29,911 nt of DNA from a virus (Duplodnaviria > Caudoviricetes): the IMG/VR virus record IMGVR_UViG_3300025325_000107, positions 1-29,911 of that record, one strand, 5' to 3'. Made by a program: the position numbers and the translations under genes. A model generated the notes under the pieces. That model ran no database searches. It had not been told where the DNA came from and was given only the letters and a program-made list of their open reading frames with translations. Of this stretch, positions 26,339 to 29,911 are shown piece by piece (positions within the stretch are counted from its first letter, which is position 1; the number at the start of each line of letters is the position of its first letter).

Positions 26339-27100
26339 ATGTCAAACAGTCTAGTCAGTCAATTAACCGCCACCGCGCAACAGGAATCCTCAGGCGGCGG
26401 CATCATCGGCAAAGTCAAGCTCGAAACGGGCTACAAAGTTTTCGTTGCGGGTCTGTCCAACGCCGATTCATTTTTCCCCTGCGACTTTGACAACGCGAAG
26501 TCGAAGGCCGCGGCGAAAGAAAAAGCACAAGCCCTCGGTAAGCCCACCGCGTCATTCCAGACGATTGTCTATAAAGATTCGGTCAAAGGTCGCGATGTGA
26601 CCTGGCAAGGCGACCGCTATTTCACCGTCTCGTTGTGGACGCGCGAGTTTAAGGAAATCGTTCTGCCGGCGTTGGGCACGGCCGGTATCGACAAGCTCGG
26701 CGAGCACTGGGCGCGCGTTTCGTTCAAGCCCGAATTCGATGAGACCTTCGCGAATCGCAAGGCGAAGGGCAAGGCGAAAACAAATCAGGCCGGCGAAGAG
26801 GTTCCCGATCTCATCGCGTTCGTCGCTGAGAAATACGCGAACGAAAAAGCCGCCGAGGCCGCAGCGGCCGGCGACAATCCTGCAAGTCCTACGCCGAAAG
26901 TCGCGAGCGCGAACGGCTCAGTGCCAGCAGCTTGGGTCGGAATGGAATCCGACTGGGCAAAGCTGCGTACGCAACTGGCCGCCGAATATGCCGACAAGCC
27001 GGAGAAGATCGTCAAGGCCGCGCTGGCGAAGCGCAGCGAGGAAATCGGCGTGACGGCTGATGAGATCGACGCGGTGGTCGCGTCATTTGGAAGAGCATGA
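26339..27100 (+). CDS. Hypothetical protein (253 aa), possibly ssDNA-binding/recombination-associated; start corrected to ATG 26339
   Basis: GAGGAG RBS; beta-rich N-domain, Ala/Pro linker, helical C-domain. Function inferred from context only. Confidence 0.75.
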   Translation: MSNSLVSQLTATAQQESSGGGIIGKVKLETGYKVFVAGLSNADSFFPCDFDNAKSKAAAKEKAQALGKPTASFQTIVYKDSVKGRDVTWQGDRYFTVSLWTREFKEIVLPALGTAGIDKLGEHWARVSFKPEFDETFANRKAKGKAKTNQAGEEVPDLIAFVAEKYANEKAAEAAAAGDNPASPTPKVASANGSVPAAWVGMESDWAKLRTQLAAEYADKPEKIVKAALAKRSEEIGVTADEIDAVVASFGRA

Positions 27101-27139
27101 CAAAATGAAGCAGGGTTGAGCGGAGCAGAGCGGAGCGAA

Positions 27140-27343
27140 AAGTTTGGGCGGCGGCGTGGATGGACACGCGAGATACCGATGGCGCGAGAAACTGCACGAT
27201 GAAGCAGTCAGACTTGTTACCCCGGACCGACCGGGGGTGGGAGCGACTCCAGTCTCAGTGATTGGAAGTAAACCGTCGGATGCGCGGCGACAGTAACCAT
27301 CTATTCTGTCTCAGTCGGTATCAAGCCCGGCCCGCCCAAACTT
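27140..27343 (+). ncRNA. tRNA-like structured RNA with a large multi-hairpin insert in place of the anticodon loop
   Basis: 12-bp terminal stem, 4-bp D-like arm with GG loop, 5-bp T-like arm, nested inner helices; ORF-free intergenic region. Confidence 0.65.
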
Positions 27344-27375
27344 GCAATTATCCAAGTTGAAACAGGGAGAGCAAA

Positions 27376-27720
27376 ATGAAAAAAGATGAAATCACGATTG
27401 ACGGAACAATCTATGTTCCGAAATCTCAAACATCTCAAAATGTGAATTTGCGACCGGCACAAGATCATCCATTCGAGATTGGCAAGGAGTACTTTATCCA
27501 GACTGCGACACACTACTATGTCGGTACAGTACGCGCGGTATCAGCTCAAGGTGTGCAATTGGAAAACGCTGCCTGGATTCCGGACACTGGACGATTCAAC
27601 GAATTCATCTCAGGCAAATCAGAGGCAACGGAAATCGAGCCATGCGGAACGACGTTTATCTATTTCGGTGGCATGATTGCCTCAATGCCACGACCTAATT
27701 TACTGATTGAGGTGCAGTGA
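27376..27720 (+). CDS. Probable Sm-like (LSm/SH3-type beta-barrel) protein
   Basis: GGAGAG RBS; IGKEYFIQT...YYVGTVRAV....VQLENA matches the Sm1 pattern by eye. Confidence 0.65.
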   Translation: MKKDEITIDGTIYVPKSQTSQNVNLRPAQDHPFEIGKEYFIQTATHYYVGTVRAVSAQGVQLENAAWIPDTGRFNEFISGKSEATEIEPCGTTFIYFGGMIASMPRPNLLIEVQ

Positions 27721-27721
27721 A

Positions 27722-27892
27722 ATGAACGCGATCATGCTTCGAAGCTCATCCCTGATCTCGTGGTTGTGGTTGGGGTCGTGGTCGGGGTCGCGGTCGGGGT
27801 CGCGGTCGCGGTCGCGGTCGTGGTCGCGGTCGGGGTCGCGGTCGCGGTCGCGGTCGTGGTCGCGGTCGTGGTCGTGGTCGGGGTCAAAATGA
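27722..27892 (+). CDS. Ser-Arg/Trp/Gly repeat (RS-like) peptide, 56 aa
   Basis: GAGGTG RBS 7 nt before ATG 27722; its stop overlaps the next start (ATGA). Confidence 0.7.
   Translation: MNAIMLRSSSLISWLWLGSWSGSRSGSRSRSRSWSRSGSRSRSRSWSRSWSWSGSK
27758..27883 (+). repeat. 21 tandem hexamers T(C/T)G-(C/T/G)GG
   Basis: 126 nt containing no adenine on the plus strand. Confidence 0.95.
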
Positions 27893-28674
27893 TCTACCGC
27901 ACCAATGATGTAACTAAATGGACGCAGGCTGTGATCGCGGACTCCCAAGTTTTGCCGGGATTGGAGACCATGACCGGCGCAGACTTGCTCGTCAGTCCAC
28001 TATCACAACCCAGGATGAGTATAGTAAATGAATCTTTACCGTCGCGCACCGCGCTACACAAACACCTGCGCGACGGCTTGCTCGTCCAAGTCAAGCGCGG
28101 CCGCGATTTCACATCCTCGATTCCAGACCTAGAAGAAATCCTATTCCGGATGCGCGAGCATACCTCGCGACCCTGGCTGCTCATCGTCGCGGACCTCAAA
28201 GCGAATCGGGAGGGACAGTGTATCGTGGATGGACAGGATTCAGGATTCAGCTGGAACGCGGTCGATGGCGCATTGTGCTGGTGGCAATTGCGCGGCGGCA
28301 TGGTGTCAATCCTGGGTCGCGATGGATTGATAGGAGAATGGGTCAAGTGCTGGGTCATGCGACTCGAACGATTGGCGAAAGAGCCGGCGAAACAAATCAT
28401 CCGACCGACGCAACAAATTCTGTTTCGCAGTGATCCGCGCTTGGACATTCTCGCGCAATTCCCACTGCTCGGCGCGGAGCGAGCGCGGGCGCTGCTCGAC
28501 TCGCAGGGAACTTTGGCGAATTGTCTGACTTATCTCTCTGACCGGCACAGTCCAGAATATTGCAAAGTCGCTGGCATCGGAGGTGGTATCATCGAAAAAT
28601 CGATCCAGCTTTTGGGACTAGGCGAGAACGAGATTTTATTTCGCACGTCAATTCAAGAGGAGGCAAACGAATGA
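27889..28674 (+). CDS. ERCC4/XPF-like nuclease with HhH motifs; start corrected to ATG 27889
   Basis: GADLLV, LVQVKRGRDFTSSI (ERKxxxD-like), FPLLGAERA and VAGIG HhH motifs. Confidence 0.72.
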   Translation: MIYRTNDVTKWTQAVIADSQVLPGLETMTGADLLVSPLSQPRMSIVNESLPSRTALHKHLRDGLLVQVKRGRDFTSSIPDLEEILFRMREHTSRPWLLIVADLKANREGQCIVDGQDSGFSWNAVDGALCWWQLRGGMVSILGRDGLIGEWVKCWVMRLERLAKEPAKQIIRPTQQILFRSDPRLDILAQFPLLGAERARALLDSQGTLANCLTYLSDRHSPEYCKVAGIGGGIIEKSIQLLGLGENEILFRTSIQEEANE

Positions 28675-28868
28675 AACATGACTGGCAAACAGTAATCCAT
28701 TCCCGCGCAATGCAAGATTTCCTGGGCATAGAGTGCGCGCGGTGCGGTCTGTTTGTAGCTGATGATGAAATAGCGGAGTTCCTTAAAAAAGATCGACGCG
28801 CTAACCGCTGTACGCCGAAATCATCTCAACAAGACATAAAAGACAAAAAAGGGAAAACAAATAAATGA
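28671..28868 (+). CDS. Small hypothetical Zn-binding protein (65 aa)
   Basis: GAGGAGG RBS, ATGA overlaps at both ends, HDW...CARC...C. Confidence 0.7.
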   Translation: MKHDWQTVIHSRAMQDFLGIECARCGLFVADDEIAEFLKKDRRANRCTPKSSQQDIKDKKGKTNK

Positions 28869-29509
28869 AAATACCCCGCTGGCTCATTCCGTCCATTTTA
28901 CTCATTGTCATGATCGATCAATGGGTTTCTGCGACCGGCGAAGCAGACCCGTATCAAATCACGAACCTTTTCGGATATGTGCTGCCCCATTCATTTTCGC
29001 TCACTTCCGCCGCGCGCGGCATCGCTATCATGCTCGCGATCACCTACGGCATTGACACCATCCAATCATTTCTCAACAGCAAACTGGGATGGATGCGGCG
29101 GATTGGACACATTTTAATTGGCTGCGTCAGTTTGATGCTGCTCATCGAAACGACCGTGATCACCCCGTACATCATTACTTCGATGAGCAAAACGGAAATG
29201 GCGGCAACGCTCCGCACGATCCAGATATTCGGATTCAGCGCCGGTGAGCAAATCTATTTTTTGTGGGCGCTAATGGTTGCGATTATGCCGCCGCTTGGAG
29301 TCGTCATCGCCGCACTAGCATCTATCTCTGCTCCAATCGAAGAGCCGAAAACGATTGTTCGCAAGCCCATGTCGAAACCCGAACCGATTCAAGCAACCAT
29401 CGTTCCCAGTGATGGCGCGAGCGCGCCGGAGACGGTAACCGTCCCAGTCCCTTTTCAGCCCCAGACGCCGCTGGAGATCGCCCGCGCCAAACGCGCGCAA
29501 GCAAAATAA
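28865..29509 (+). CDS. Four-TM membrane protein with Pro-rich C-terminus
   Basis: Four hydrophobic segments; coupled start. Confidence 0.78.
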   Translation: MKIPRWLIPSILLIVMIDQWVSATGEADPYQITNLFGYVLPHSFSLTSAARGIAIMLAITYGIDTIQSFLNSKLGWMRRIGHILIGCVSLMLLIETTVITPYIITSMSKTEMAATLRTIQIFGFSAGEQIYFLWALMVAIMPPLGVVIAALASISAPIEEPKTIVRKPMSKPEPIQATIVPSDGASAPETVTVPVPFQPQTPLEIARAKRAQAK

Positions 29510-29567
29510 CCTCGCGCTTGATCGAGACGCGCGAGGGAATCAAGATCGTCATTTACGAGGAGACGCA

Positions 29568-29911
29568 ATGACAAACCAATCTATTCTACCGGACGAACTA
29601 CGCGGCGTGACCAAGACCACCGGCTATCGCGGCATCGGCAAATCCTATTTCGTGTCACAAATCGAGAACCCAGCATTGACCGCCTTTTTCGATTTCGAGA
29701 AGAAGGGCGAGGGACTGGATGCTAAACTCCATTTTGGATTGTACGTGCCAGTGACGGAGCGCGCGAGCGGCGGCGGGCTGGGAATCTATGACGTGTTCAT
29801 CCAGGAGATTGAGAAACTACCAACGGGTCGATTCACTCATGCGATCATCGACAACACCGCGCCACTCGAAACCGCCATGAAAGCGGAGGCCGCGCGTAAC
29901 GCCGCGAAGTA
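29568..29911 (+). CDS. P-loop NTPase (AAA_24/Sak4-like), partial (not in ORF track)
   Basis: GAGGAG RBS; manual translation gives GYRGIGKS (Walker A), FDFEKKG and AIIDN (Walker B); open to the window end. Confidence 0.8.
   Translation, partial: MTNQSILPDELRGVTKTTGYRGIGKSYFVSQIENPALTAFFDFEKKGEGLDAKLHFGLYVPVTERASGGGLGIYDVFIQEIEKLPTGRFTHAIIDNTAPLETAMKAEAARNAAK

Larger units (their letters stand above)
1..29911. mobile_element. Tailed phage/prophage genome segment (siphovirus-like), late arm on minus strand and early arm on plus strand
   Basis: Canonical order TerS-TerL-portal-protease-capsid-neck-tail tube-chaperones-tape measure-Dit; divergent promoters at about 25850-26056; no host housekeeping genes. 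Confidence 0.97.

Noticed and set aside
27140-27343. Canonical tRNA, tmRNA or hammerhead call
   Set aside because: No 7-nt anticodon loop, non-canonical T loop, too short for tmRNA, and no CUGANGA core.
27760-27888. Val-rich N-terminal extension of the nuclease given in the ORF track
   Set aside because: Alternative frame of the hexamer repeat; RBS and ATGA coupling favour the Ser/Arg frame and a start at 27889.
27700-27948. Minus-strand Asp-His/Arg/Pro repeat ORF
   Set aside because: Antisense shadow of the repeat within a plus-strand operon.
29510-29536. 8-bp hairpin CCTCGCGC/GCGCGAGG
   Set aside because: No U-tract; ordinary intergenic stem with no further support.
1-29911. Stop-codon reassignment
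   Set aside because: TAA, TAG and TGA all end well-supported genes, and coding density is high under the standard code.

Overview
The whole window is part of a tailed dsDNA phage or prophage with siphovirus-type gene order; no host genes, integrase or lysis genes are visible. Minus-strand arm (about 25850 to 1), in order: small membrane proteins, TerS, TerL, portal fused to a MuF-like domain, ChaB/protease/scaffold fusion, and major capsid. A translationally coupled sugar-modification cassette follows (NAD-dependent epimerase, two SAM methyltransferases, a GT-A enzyme, a 914-aa GT4-GT2-GT2 fusion, a DUF1360-like membrane protein). Then come head-associated/neck genes, a tail tube with an Asp-box propeller, tail chaperones with a probable +1 frameshift, tape measure, and a Dit with an inserted 7-repeat propeller (missing from the ORF track). 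Plus-strand arm (26028 to end): RHH regulator, a hypothetical protein, an approximately 200-nt tRNA-shaped RNA, an Sm-like protein, a Ser-Arg/Trp/Gly repeat peptide, an ERCC4-like nuclease, a membrane protein and a P-loop NTPase. The two best novelty candidates are the tRNA-like RNA / Sm-like / RS-peptide cluster and the capsid-linked glycan synthesis and methylation cassette. All family calls come from motif recognition by eye, not database searches.
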